In this document: positions 1 through 8,063 of the stretch, piece by piece | Numbering within the stretch: position 1 is the stretch's first letter | How the letters are laid out: each line of letters opens with the position of its first letter | Origin: Thermoplasmata archaeon | GTDB lineage: Archaea; Thermoplasmatota; Thermoplasmata; Lutacidiplasmatales; UBA184 | Reading direction: 5' to 3' | Assembly (NCBI GenBank): GCA_036404475.1 | Contig: DASWZL010000080.1 | Coordinates: 4,811 to 68,810 of the forward strand | Length of the DNA stretch: 64,000 bases | Notes under the pieces: generated by a model | What the model was told of the DNA's origin: nothing | The model's database searches: none | What the model saw: the letters and a program-made list of their open reading frames with translations, nothing else | Program-made: the position numbers and the translations under genes

Positions 1-1
1 G

Positions 2-538
2 GCGCTGCGGAAGGCGATAACGGTTCCGTTGCTCGCCTACAACATCCCGTCGCTGGTCGGCTACGCCCTTCCGCCGTCCCTTGTTCACACCCTCGCGCGA
101 GAGGGGGTCTTGGCGGGAGTGAAGGACACGGGGGGCTCCCTCGAAAGCGTCTCCGCGTTCCTGGCGGGAGCCCCGGAAGAGCTCGCGGTTTTCCCGGGCG
201 ACCCTCAGTTCGCCTCGTCCGCGATCGAGCGAGGCGCGAAGGGCGCCGTGATGGGCGTGGCGAACATCGTGCCGAAGCTCTGCGTCGAGCTGGTCGCGGC
301 CGCACGGCGCGGGGACCGGGCCCGGACGCAGGAGCTCCAACCGGTGGTCGACCGATTGGTCGAGGTAACGAGGTCCGGTCCGTCTCCCTCCACCATCAAG
401 TTCCTCGCGGCGCACCTGCGGGGCGCGGAGGTCGGGTACCGGGCCCCGTACGAGCCGCTCACTCCCGTCGAACAGGCCGCGGTCCTGGCTCGGCTCGAAC
501 CGCTCCGAGCGCTCCTCACGCCGTTCCTAGGCCAGTGA
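2..538 (+). CDS. DapA/DHDPS-family class I aldolase, C-terminal part (5' end outside window); likely 2-keto-3-deoxy(-6-phospho)gluconate aldolase
   Basis: The frame is open from the window edge. The translation (..AITVPLLAYNIPSLVGY..LAGVKDTGG..) shows the LYNIP block and the G-x-K-D-(S/T) Schiff-base lysine block of DapA-type aldolases. The TGA stop overlaps the GTG of the next gene (GTGA at 535-538). Confidence 0.75.
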   Translation, partial: ALRKAITVPLLAYNIPSLVGYALPPSLVHTLAREGVLAGVKDTGGSLESVSAFLAGAPEELAVFPGDPQFASSAIERGAKGAVMGVANIVPKLCVELVAAARRGDRARTQELQPVVDRLVEVTRSGPSPSTIKFLAAHLRGAEVGYRAPYEPLTPVEQAAVLARLEPLRALLTPFLGQ

Positions 539-1647
539 CCGTCCGGGCGCTCGTCGTGCGACCGCCGACGCCCGGAGCCGAGCTCGCGGACGTGCCGTCC
601 CTGCCTCTTCCGCCGGGAGGTGTCCGCGTGGAGGTCATCGAATGCGGGGTCTGCGGTACCGATCACGATATCGTCGACGGGAAGTACGGGCGCCCGCCGA
701 CCGGGTCCCCCTACCTCATCCTGGGCCACGAGAACCTCGGAAAGGTCCGGGAAGTGGCCCCGGGGGTGGTCGGGTTCCGTCCCGGAGAGCTGGTGGTCGC
801 CACCGTGCGGCGAGGGTGCGGGCGCTGTCGGTTCTGCCGCACGAACCGCTCCGACTTCTGCGAAACCGGCGGGTTCACCGAACGGGGCATCGACGGAGCC
901 CACGGCTACATGGTGGAGGAGTACGTCGAGGTCCCCGAGTACCTGGTCCCCGTGCCGCCCTCTCTCGCCCCGGTGGCCGTGCTCCTCGAGCCGCTCAGCG
1001 TGGTCGAGAAGGCGGTCTTCCAAGGTCAGCGGGTGCTCGACCGGAAGGAACCGACCCCGGGTGAGCCGAAGGGGGGGACGCCGGGCGCGCTCGTCGCGGG
1101 GACGGGAGCGATCGGCATGCTCGCGGCGTTCGTCCTCCGGGTCCGGGGGTACGATGTCGTGGCAATCGACCGACACGACAGCACGACCGTTGCCGGGCGT
1201 CTCCTCGGCCGTATCGGCGCGACGCACGTGAACGTCGCGAACGGGCTCGGTCCCCTCGCCGACCGCCATTTCGACCTCGTCGTGGAGGCGACGGGGTCCG
1301 TGGCGCTCGACTTCACGCTGGTCGACCGACTGGGACCGAACGGCGTCCTGGTCCTCACGGGGATTCCGGACCCGGCGAGCCCCCCGACGAACGTCGCGGG
1401 CGGGCTCCTCTTCCGGGACGTCGTCCTCGGCAACCAGGCGCTCGTCGGCTCCGTGAACGCGAACCGCACCTACTTCGAGAGCGGTCTCCGCGACCTCACG
1501 GTCTTCGAGCAGCGCTGGCCGGGCAGCGTGGGCGAGATGGTCTCGGCGCGGCGACCGCTCGAGGAGTTCGCGGAGGTCTTCGGGAACCGTGGCTCGGGTA
1601 CCGTGAAGACCGTCCTCACCGTCAGACCGGGCAGCGCGTCTCGCTGA
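535..1647 (+). CDS. gdh: Glucose 1-dehydrogenase (Zn-dependent medium-chain dehydrogenase, Thermoplasma type)
   Basis: 370 aa. Motifs seen: CGVCGTDHD, LGHENLG, structural-Zn Cys cluster CGRCRFCRTNRSDFC, GTGAIG Rossmann loop, and a C-terminal ..GTVKTVL. The block order resembles the archaeal Entner-Doudoroff glucose dehydrogenase as I recall it. Confidence 0.72.
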   Translation: MTVRALVVRPPTPGAELADVPSLPLPPGGVRVEVIECGVCGTDHDIVDGKYGRPPTGSPYLILGHENLGKVREVAPGVVGFRPGELVVATVRRGCGRCRFCRTNRSDFCETGGFTERGIDGAHGYMVEEYVEVPEYLVPVPPSLAPVAVLLEPLSVVEKAVFQGQRVLDRKEPTPGEPKGGTPGALVAGTGAIGMLAAFVLRVRGYDVVAIDRHDSTTVAGRLLGRIGATHVNVANGLGPLADRHFDLVVEATGSVALDFTLVDRLGPNGVLVLTGIPDPASPPTNVAGGLLFRDVVLGNQALVGSVNANRTYFESGLRDLTVFEQRWPGSVGEMVSARRPLEEFAEVFGNRGSGTVKTVLTVRPGSASR

Positions 1648-1696
1648 AAAGGTCATATACGGAACCCCGGTCGGACCGCACCTCTCGGAGGATATC

Positions 1697-2092
1697 GTGG
1701 GGATCTGGCAAGGTCGGTCGCGTCGCAAGCGGACGGGCGGCCGCCTTCGACCGATCCGCAAGAAGCGCCGCTTCGAGATCGGGCGCGAGCAGCAGCACGC
1801 GACGCTCGGCGCCGGCACCGTGAAGGTCTACCGGGTCCGGGGCGCGAATCGCAAGCTCCGCATCCTCACGACCCAGACGATCAACGTCTTCGACCCGGCG
1901 ACCAAGAAGATGCAGCCGGCGAAGGTCATCACGGTCCGGGAGAACCCCGCGAACCCGAACTACGTCCAGCGGAACATCATCACGAAAGGCGCGATCCTGG
2001 AGACCGATGTCGGCCTCGTCCGCGTTCGTTCCCGCCCGGGCCAGGACGGGGTCCTGAACGGGGTGCGGGTCCCGAGCCCGGCCTCGGCCTGA
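1697..2092 (+). CDS. rps8e: 30S ribosomal protein S8e
   Basis: 131 aa. Basic N-terminus (GRSRRKRTGGR) and KVITVRENPANPNYVQRNIITKGAI are typical of S8e. GGAGGA (1687-1692) lies 4 nt upstream of the GTG start. Confidence 0.9.
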   Translation: MGIWQGRSRRKRTGGRLRPIRKKRRFEIGREQQHATLGAGTVKVYRVRGANRKLRILTTQTINVFDPATKKMQPAKVITVRENPANPNYVQRNIITKGAILETDVGLVRVRSRPGQDGVLNGVRVPSPASA

Positions 2093-2109
2093 CGCGGCGC
2101 CGGTCCCTA

Positions 2110-2409
2110 ATGCCCGACCACTTCTACGTGTATCCGGCGTACCTCGCTCGCGGCCTCTCGCGGACGGGAGGACGTCGGGTCCCCGAACCGGAAAGCCTGC
2201 CGGACCTGACCACCGAGGAGATCGTCCTAGCGGCGAAGCGGCTGGGCTTCCACGCCGAGGCCGAGGCCGACAAGCAGTACCCCCGGCGCTTCTACGACTA
2301 CTCGGGCCGGGTCAAGGTGACGAAGAAGGGTCCCACGACGAAGGCCCGCTTCCTCAAGGAGCTGGCCGCGGAGCTCCGCAAGCAGCGGGCGGCCGCGGGA
2401 CGGAAGTGA
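2110..2409 (+). CDS. srp19: Signal recognition particle protein SRP19
   Basis: 99 aa. VYPAYLARGLSRTGGRRVP..EEIVLAAKRLG.. fits the SRP19 family pattern, and the length is typical. Confidence 0.85.
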   Translation: MPDHFYVYPAYLARGLSRTGGRRVPEPESLPDLTTEEIVLAAKRLGFHAEAEADKQYPRRFYDYSGRVKVTKKGPTTKARFLKELAAELRKQRAAAGRK

Positions 2410-2412
2410 TCC

Positions 2413-3204
2413 GTGGAAGAGCCGGGGACGATCTACTTCACGGGTACGGCCGGCGCCGGGAAGACCTCGCTGGTGCGTGCCTTCGCCGAGTGGACGCGTT
2501 CGGCCGGCTACGACGCGGCCGTCGTGAACCTCGACCCGGGGAGCGAAGCCTCGGAGGACGCGGCGGACGTCGACATCCGCGAGTGGGTCCGGCTCGCCGA
2601 CGTGCAGGACGAGTACGGCCTGGGCCCGAACGGTGCCCAGGTGGTCGCGGCCGACATGATCGCCCTCAAGGTCTTCGAGGTGAAGCAGGCGGTCCAGGAG
2701 CAGAAGGCCGACTACATCCTGATCGACACGCCCGGACAGATCGAGCTGTTCGCGTTCCGAGAGGCCTCGAAGGCGATCGTGGATGCGCTCAGCGGGGACC
2801 GCTCGGTCATCGCGTTCCTCTACGACCCGGTGCTCGCCCGGACCGCCGCCGGGTTCGTCTCGCTCCTCATGCTGGGAGCAACCGTGGAGTTCCGCTTCCG
2901 CCTTCCGATGGTCAACATCCTCGCCAAGTCGGATGTGCTGAGCCCCGAGCAGCTCCTCGAGGTGATGAGCTGGTCGGACGACCCGGGCATGCTCTACGAC
3001 GCGATCGGCCGCGATACGCCGACCCCGGACGTCCAGCTGTCGACCGAGCTGTTCCGGGCGATCGAGACGATGGCCCCGCTGGTCGGCCTGGTCCCCACCT
3101 CCGCGAAGGAGGCGAGCGGCCTCGAGGACCTCTACCGCTCCTTCCAGCGGGTCTTCGCCGGCGGCGAGGACCTCGAGCCCTCGCACGCTCCGTCCAACGA
3201 GTGA
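2413..3204 (+). CDS. GPN-loop GTPase
   Basis: 263 aa. Walker A GTAGAGKTS, the eponymous GPNG (EYGLGPNGAQ) and DTPGQIELF are present. The GTG start lies 3 nt after the srp19 stop. Confidence 0.85.
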   Translation: MEEPGTIYFTGTAGAGKTSLVRAFAEWTRSAGYDAAVVNLDPGSEASEDAADVDIREWVRLADVQDEYGLGPNGAQVVAADMIALKVFEVKQAVQEQKADYILIDTPGQIELFAFREASKAIVDALSGDRSVIAFLYDPVLARTAAGFVSLLMLGATVEFRFRLPMVNILAKSDVLSPEQLLEVMSWSDDPGMLYDAIGRDTPTPDVQLSTELFRAIETMAPLVGLVPTSAKEASGLEDLYRSFQRVFAGGEDLEPSHAPSNE

Positions 3205-3208
3205 GCCC

Positions 3209-3511
3209 CTACTCTTCGGTGAAGAAGAGGCCCATCCCGGCCGAGGCCGAGTCGTCCTCGTCCTTGAACCGGCGGTAGAGCGATTCCGCGTCCGCGGTCG
3301 GCAGGCGCGTGCCGATGGGCGCGAGGAGCTCCTCGGCCCGGTGGACCGCCTCCGCGGCGCCTTCGATGAGCACGTACGTGGCGCCGGAGGGGCCGCCCAT
3401 CGCCGCCGCGTCCCGGACCTTCTGGCTCTGGCGGGAGACCCGGTCGTCCTTGAGGACAGCGTCCAGTTCTGTCCGCTTCGTGCTGGGGACGGAGAAGAGG
3501 GTCCACGTCAT
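3209..3511 (-). CDS. Small hypothetical protein with acidic/hydrophobic P-stalk-like C-terminus
   Basis: 100 codons from ATG 3511. Third codon positions are strongly G/C-rich, as in neighbouring genes. A TATA-like CTATAT is centred about 25 bp upstream. The protein ends ..RRFKDEDDSASAGMGLFFTEE. The upstream part of the 255-aa ORF in the track is antisense to traB and was rejected. Confidence 0.45.
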   Translation of the reverse strand: MTWTLFSVPSTKRTELDAVLKDDRVSRQSQKVRDAAAMGGPSGATYVLIEGAAEAVHRAEELLAPIGTRLPTADAESLYRRFKDEDDSASAGMGLFFTEE

Positions 3512-3531
3512 GCGGTCGGACGACCCGACTC

Positions 3532-3541
3532 GCCTATATGG
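3532..3541. promoter_or_regulatory. TATA-like box (GCCTATATGG) in divergent spacer
   Basis: This is the only AT-rich patch between ATG 3511 (-) and GTG 3594 (+). It is centred about 25 bp from the minus-strand ATG. Confidence 0.35.
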
Positions 3542-3593
3542 GCGTTTTCGGCTCGACAGCCAGCGAGATGAACGCCTCCGACCTCGGTCGGAC

Positions 3594-4310
3594 GTGTACT
3601 CCTCGACCCTGGAAGCCCCGGTCCTCGTGTTGGGCTCGGCCCACGTGGTGGACCTGAGCGAGCCGCTGCGCCGGATCCTCTCCGAGCGGGTCCTGGACGC
3701 GATCGCCGTGGAGCTCGATGCGGAGCGGGCCCAGTCCCTCATGTCCCCGGACGGACCCGGACGGAGTTCCGGCTCGTCCCCCCTCTTCGCTCGGCTCTGG
3801 GGGGTCGTGCAGCGCCGTCTCGGCTCGGAGATCGGGGCCGGGGTCCCGGGGGCGGAGATGAAGGTCGCGATCGGGGTCGCCCGGAACCGAAGCCTCCCCG
3901 TCTTCCTCATCGACGACCCGCTCCGGGTCACGCTCGCGAACCTCGTGCGGTCGATGTCGTTCAAGGAGCGGGTCACCCTGCTGGTGAGCGGCCTCGTGGG
4001 GCTCTTCCTCCCGTCCCGCCTCGTGACCCGGGAGATGGACCGCTACGCCGAGTCTCCGAACGAGTACACCGAGGAGCTGCGGCGCGCCAGCCCGACCATG
4101 GCCCGCGTCCTATTGGACGACCGGAACGAGCACATGGCCGACCGTCTCGTCTCGCTCCGACAGCAGGGGTACGGGCGGATGGCCGCCGTGGTCGGCGACG
4201 CCCACCTCGAAGGGCTGCGTACCGCCCTGGCCCGGCGCGGACTTCCGAGCGAGGTCGTCCGCTTTTCCGAACTGCGGGCGGCTACAGCACCGTCACCCGG
4301 TTCTTCGTAG
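3594..4310 (+). CDS. TraB/PrgY (Tiki-like) family protein
   Basis: PVLVLGSAHV (first GxxH), AVELDAER, VFLIDDP, LLDDRNEHMADRL and AAVVGDAHLEGL (second GxxH) give the TraB family layout. The start is set at GTG 3594. ATG 3510 is an in-frame alternative, but it would abut the divergent ATG at 3511. Confidence 0.65.
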   Translation: MYSSTLEAPVLVLGSAHVVDLSEPLRRILSERVLDAIAVELDAERAQSLMSPDGPGRSSGSSPLFARLWGVVQRRLGSEIGAGVPGAEMKVAIGVARNRSLPVFLIDDPLRVTLANLVRSMSFKERVTLLVSGLVGLFLPSRLVTREMDRYAESPNEYTEELRRASPTMARVLLDDRNEHMADRLVSLRQQGYGRMAAVVGDAHLEGLRTALARRGLPSEVVRFSELRAATAPSPGSS

Positions 4311-5154
4311 CGTCGTCGACGGCCCGGACGAACGTCTCGGCGAGCGCCGCGACCTCGGGCGACCTGATCTCTCCCAGACGACCGTCGTCCGAAAGCTCCG
4401 AGACCGGAGGCAGGACCGGGAGGCTCCCTAAGACCGGGATCCCATACTCCTGCGCGACGCGGGCGACCCGGCTCGGGCCGAAAAGTTCGGTCCGCTCGTG
4501 GCAGTGCGGGCAGGTCATGAACGACATGTTCTCGACGACCCCGAGGAGGGGGACGTGGAGGTCGCGGGCCATGTTCATCGCCTTCTTCACGATGAGCGCC
4601 GCGAGGTCCTGGGGCGTCAGCACGAACACCATCCCATCGATCGGGATCGTCTGGAAGACCGTGAGGGGCACGTCGCTCGTCCCGGGCGGCATATCGATGA
4701 GCAAGAAGTCGAGGTCCCCCCAGTGGACGCCTCCGAAGAACTGGGTGATGAGCCGGGTCACGAGAGGGCCTCGCCAGATGACCGGGGTCTGCTCGTCCTC
4801 GACCATGAACTGCGAGGAGATCACCGAGATCCCCGACGGGGTTTGGGTCGGTTCGATCCCTTCGCCCCGGTCGAAGAGGGGACCGGTGAGGCCGAGGAGC
4901 TTCGGGATCGAGGGCCCGGTGATGTCGGCGTCCAGGATTCCCACGTGCTGACCTCGACGCGCGAGCTCGATGGCGAGGAGCGCGGTGACGGACGACTTCC
5001 CGACACCTCCCTTTCCGCTCCCGACCGCCACGACGTGTCGGACCCCGCCCTTATCCATGCGCTGGAGGAGGCCGCGTGCGGGCGGACGTGCGGCGGGCGT
5101 CGGAGGTTGCGGCGGCGGCGCGGAGGGGTACGCAGGCTCTCCGTCGGCGGTCAC
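4282..5154 (-). CDS. apbC: Mrp/NBP35/ApbC-type Fe-S cluster carrier ATPase
   Basis: 290 aa. It has the deviant Walker A GSGKGGVGKSS and a C-terminal CPHC (MSFMTCPHCHERTELFG). A TATA box lies about 25 bp upstream of the ATG. Confidence 0.85.
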   Translation of the reverse strand: MTADGEPAYPSAPPPQPPTPAARPPARGLLQRMDKGGVRHVVAVGSGKGGVGKSSVTALLAIELARRGQHVGILDADITGPSIPKLLGLTGPLFDRGEGIEPTQTPSGISVISSQFMVEDEQTPVIWRGPLVTRLITQFFGGVHWGDLDFLLIDMPPGTSDVPLTVFQTIPIDGMVFVLTPQDLAALIVKKAMNMARDLHVPLLGVVENMSFMTCPHCHERTELFGPSRVARVAQEYGIPVLGSLPVLPPVSELSDDGRLGEIRSPEVAALAETFVRAVDDATKNRVTVL

Positions 5155-5175
5155 GAGGTGTTGACGGGGGCGTGG

Positions 5176-5183
5176 ATATATAA
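5176..5183. promoter_or_regulatory. TATA box ATATATAA shared by divergent apbC and acd
   Basis: Lone AT-rich octamer in the 68-bp spacer. It is about 25 bp from ATG 5154 (-) and about 43 bp from ATG 5223 (+). The latter is preceded by GGTGAGG (SD-like). Confidence 0.5.
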
Positions 5184-5222
5184 CGGACTGCCGTCCGCGG
5201 CACCGTACTCGGTGAGGAAACT

Positions 5223-7358
5223 ATGACGGTCGGCCGGTCGGACGAGTTGGACGAGCTCTTTCGGCCCTCGTCGGTCGCCGTCGTGGGTGCGTCGAACAAG
5301 CCCGGGAAGGTCGGCATGCACCTCTTCCGCAACATCCTCGAAGCCGGGTTCAAAGGGGTCGTCTACCCGGTGAACCCTTCCTCGAAGAGCGTCTCGGGCG
5401 TCCGGTGTTACCCCGACATCGAGGACCTGCCCGAGACGCCGGACCTCGGTGTCATCATCGTGCCGGCTCCCACCGTCGCCGACACCGTCGAGCGGCTCGG
5501 GAAGGCGGGTTCTCGCGGCGTGGTCATCATCTCCTCCGGGTTCCGCGAACAGGGCGAGGCGGGAGCGGCGCTCGAGGAGGACGTGGTCCGGCGGGCGGCG
5601 AAGTACAAGATGTCCGTCGTCGGGCCCAACTGTTTCGGGGTCATCAACACGGCCCCCGACGTGAACCTCAATGCCACGTTCAGCGAGAACCTGCCGCCCC
5701 GAGGGAACATCGCGTTCGTGTCCCAGAGCGGAGCCCTCTGCGCGGGGATCCTCGCCTACGGAACGACCGAGCGGATCGGCTTCTCACGGTTCGTTTCCGT
5801 GGGGAACCGTGCGGGGGTCGATGAGAACGACCTTCTCTACTCGCTCGGCAAGGACGACGCCACCAAGGTCATCCTGCTCTACGTCGAGAGCCTCGTGAAC
5901 GGCCGAAAATTCCTGGAGACCGCGCGGGAGGTGACGGAACGCAAGCCCGTCCTCGTGATCAAGAGCGGGCGCACGCCGGCGGGGGAACGGGCGGCGAAGA
6001 GCCACACCGGTTCGCTCGCGCAGTCGGGCCGCGACCAGCTGTACGACTCCCTCTTTAACCAAGCCGGGGTCGAGCGGGTCGAGACCCTCGGGGAGCTCTT
6101 CCGGACCGCGAAGATCTTCGCTTCCGGCCTCAAGCTTGAAGGGCCTCGCCTCATGATCCTCACGAACTCGGGGGGTCCGGGGATCGTCGCGGCGGATTCC
6201 GCGATACGGCACGGCCTCGAGCTCCCGCCCCTCTCGCGCGCCATGCACGATGCCCTCGTGCCGCGCCTTTCTCCGTCCGCGTCGATCGCGAACCCTCTCG
6301 ACATGACCGCCGACGCCGGCGCCGACCACTACCGAGACATCCTGAAGATGCTGCTCGAAGGGTCCGACATGAACGGGGCGCTCGTCATCACGACCCCGAC
6401 CTCGACCATGACCGCCGAGTCGGTGGCCCGGGCAATCCTGGAGGCGAAGGCCACGACCCAGAAGCCGATCGCGGCCTGCCTCTTCGGCGTGAACGACCTC
6501 TCTCGGGAAGTGTCGATCCTGGAGGACAACGGAGTCCCCACGTTCACGTTCCCGGAGGAGGCGACCCAGGGTCTCGCATCCCTCGCGCGCTACCATGACT
6601 GGTGGACTCGACCCCGCGCGCCCGAGCGAACGTTCTCCGTGGACCGCGCGGCCGCTCAGGAGGTAATCGAACGCGCTCGACGGGACGGCACGACCGTCCT
6701 TCCCGACTACGCCGCGCGCGCCCTGCTCGTCGCGTACGGGATCCGGTTCCCCGACGTCCAACTGGTCAAGACCCTGGACCAGGCCGTCGAAGCGGCCGAG
6801 GGGATTGGGTTCCCCGTCGTGCTCAAGGTCGCGTCTCCCGACCTCTCCCACAAGACCGATGTCGGCGGGGTGGCGGTCGGGATCCGTGACCCCGCGTCGC
6901 TCCGAACGGCATGGGAGGCGATGCAGCAGTCCCTCCAGGCCCGGGCCCACGATGCTCGGGTCGACGGGTTCGAGGTCGAAGCCGAGGTCGAGGGTGGGAA
7001 GGAGGTCCTGGTCGGCGTCCAGCGGGACCCGCACTTCGGGCCGGTGATCGCCTTCGGTCTCGGTGGGATCTACGTCGAAGTGCTCCGGGACGTGACGTTC
7101 CGGCTCGCGCCCCTCCGACCGCTCTCGGCGCTGCGCATGGTGCAGTCCGTGAGAGCGTTCCCGCTCCTCAAAGGGGTCCGGGGCGAGCCCCCCAGCGACA
7201 TCGAAGCGTTGACGGAGGTGATCGAGCGCGTCTCTCAGCTCGCGATGGAATTGACCGATATCGTCGAGCTCGACATCAACCCGCTCATCGTCCGACCGGT
7301 CCGTCAGGGCGCCGTCGCCGTCGACGCGCGGGTCGTGCTCTCTCCACCTTCCAAATAG
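5223..7358 (+). CDS. acd: Acetate--CoA ligase (ADP-forming), fused alpha/beta
   Basis: 711 aa. N-terminal CoA-binding domain (VAVVGASNKPGKVG), succinyl-CoA-synthetase-like middle region (KSGRT..AAKSHTGSLA with the phospho-His context), and a C-terminal ATP-grasp domain (FPVVLKVASPDLSHKTDVGGV). Confidence 0.85.
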   Translation: MTVGRSDELDELFRPSSVAVVGASNKPGKVGMHLFRNILEAGFKGVVYPVNPSSKSVSGVRCYPDIEDLPETPDLGVIIVPAPTVADTVERLGKAGSRGVVIISSGFREQGEAGAALEEDVVRRAAKYKMSVVGPNCFGVINTAPDVNLNATFSENLPPRGNIAFVSQSGALCAGILAYGTTERIGFSRFVSVGNRAGVDENDLLYSLGKDDATKVILLYVESLVNGRKFLETAREVTERKPVLVIKSGRTPAGERAAKSHTGSLAQSGRDQLYDSLFNQAGVERVETLGELFRTAKIFASGLKLEGPRLMILTNSGGPGIVAADSAIRHGLELPPLSRAMHDALVPRLSPSASIANPLDMTADAGADHYRDILKMLLEGSDMNGALVITTPTSTMTAESVARAILEAKATTQKPIAACLFGVNDLSREVSILEDNGVPTFTFPEEATQGLASLARYHDWWTRPRAPERTFSVDRAAAQEVIERARRDGTTVLPDYAARALLVAYGIRFPDVQLVKTLDQAVEAAEGIGFPVVLKVASPDLSHKTDVGGVAVGIRDPASLRTAWEAMQQSLQARAHDARVDGFEVEAEVEGGKEVLVGVQRDPHFGPVIAFGLGGIYVEVLRDVTFRLAPLRPLSALRMVQSVRAFPLLKGVRGEPPSDIEALTEVIERVSQLAMELTDIVELDINPLIVRPVRQGAVAVDARVVLSPPSK

Positions 7359-7716
7359 GAGCCTTCGCTTTCAGCTGTTCGAGGAGGAACCGGGCGGCCC
7401 CGAACGTCTCCTCCCGGTGGCCCGCCGCGACCCCGACGAGCACCGAGATCTCGCCGACCGGCACCGAGCCCAGACGGTGCCACAGGACGACCCTCCCCAC
7501 ACCGAAGCGCCGGCGGGCCGTTCGCTCGAGGTCGGCGAGGACGGCGAGGGCGAGCGGTCGGTGCGCCTCGTAGTCGAGGGCGATGACCCGCCCTCGACGC
7601 ATCGCGTCCGGGCGGACCCGACCGGCGAACACCACGACGCCTCCCAGCCCCGGTCCCTCCAACTCCCGCATCGCGGCTGGGACGGAGAGCCGTTGGCGGG
7701 TCAGCCGAACGCTCAC
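7285..7716 (-). CDS. moaE: Molybdopterin synthase catalytic subunit MoaE
   Basis: 143 aa. GGVVVFAGRVR.., YEAH, ISVLVGVAAGHR and APIWK fit MoaE. The Arg-rich tail overlaps the 3' end of acd by 74 nt. Confidence 0.8.
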   Translation of the reverse strand: MSVRLTRQRLSVPAAMRELEGPGLGGVVVFAGRVRPDAMRRGRVIALDYEAHRPLALAVLADLERTARRRFGVGRVVLWHRLGSVPVGEISVLVGVAAGHREETFGAARFLLEQLKAKAPIWKVERARPARRRRRRPDGPVGR

Positions 7717-7718
7717 GG

Positions 7719-7988
7719 TCAGCCGCCTCCGTACGGCGGATGCACCGCGAACTCATCGCCCGGTCGTACCCGGGTCGTGAGGGTCGTAAGATACCGCCCA
7801 TTGAGAACGAAACGGCTCGTCCGGAGCACGGGCGCGAGTTTCGGGTAGCGGTTCCCGAGGGAGCGGATGAGAGAGCGGGCCGTTACGCTGCCCGAGTCGA
7901 CCGGCCAGGGGAGCCGGGCCGTCCCGACCGCCACCCGGGCCGTCGCGAAGAGAAGGACCGTCACCCGGCCGGGCATGGGCGCACCCAA
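7719..7988 (-). CDS. moaD: MoaD/ThiS-type ubiquitin-fold sulfur carrier (diglycine C-terminus)
   Basis: 89 aa ending ..VHPPYGGG. It lies 2 nt upstream of moaE on the same strand. Confidence 0.7.
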   Translation of the reverse strand: MGAPMPGRVTVLLFATARVAVGTARLPWPVDSGSVTARSLIRSLGNRYPKLAPVLRTSRFVLNGRYLTTLTTRVRPGDEFAVHPPYGGG

Positions 7989-8034
7989 CCAACCGCCCCC
8001 CTAAGGGTTACGGACATCCGGCTTGACAGAACCG

Positions 8035-8041
8035 ATTAATA
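8035..8041 (+). promoter_or_regulatory. TATA-like box ATTAATA upstream of korA
   Basis: Centred 26 bp upstream of ATG 8064, in an otherwise GC-rich spacer. Confidence 0.45.
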
Positions 8042-8063
8042 CGCAGGGGCGCTCGAACTGACC

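Noticed and set aside
205-1818. 537-aa minus-strand ORF covering the aldolase and glucose dehydrogenase genes. Similar shadow ORFs occur at 5784-7034, 16199-17242, 35043-36800, 43768-45738, 45824-47614 and 40943-42706.
   Set aside because: Each is antisense or out of frame to a gene with strong family motifs. They have no recognisable domains and an extreme Arg/Pro/Gly composition.
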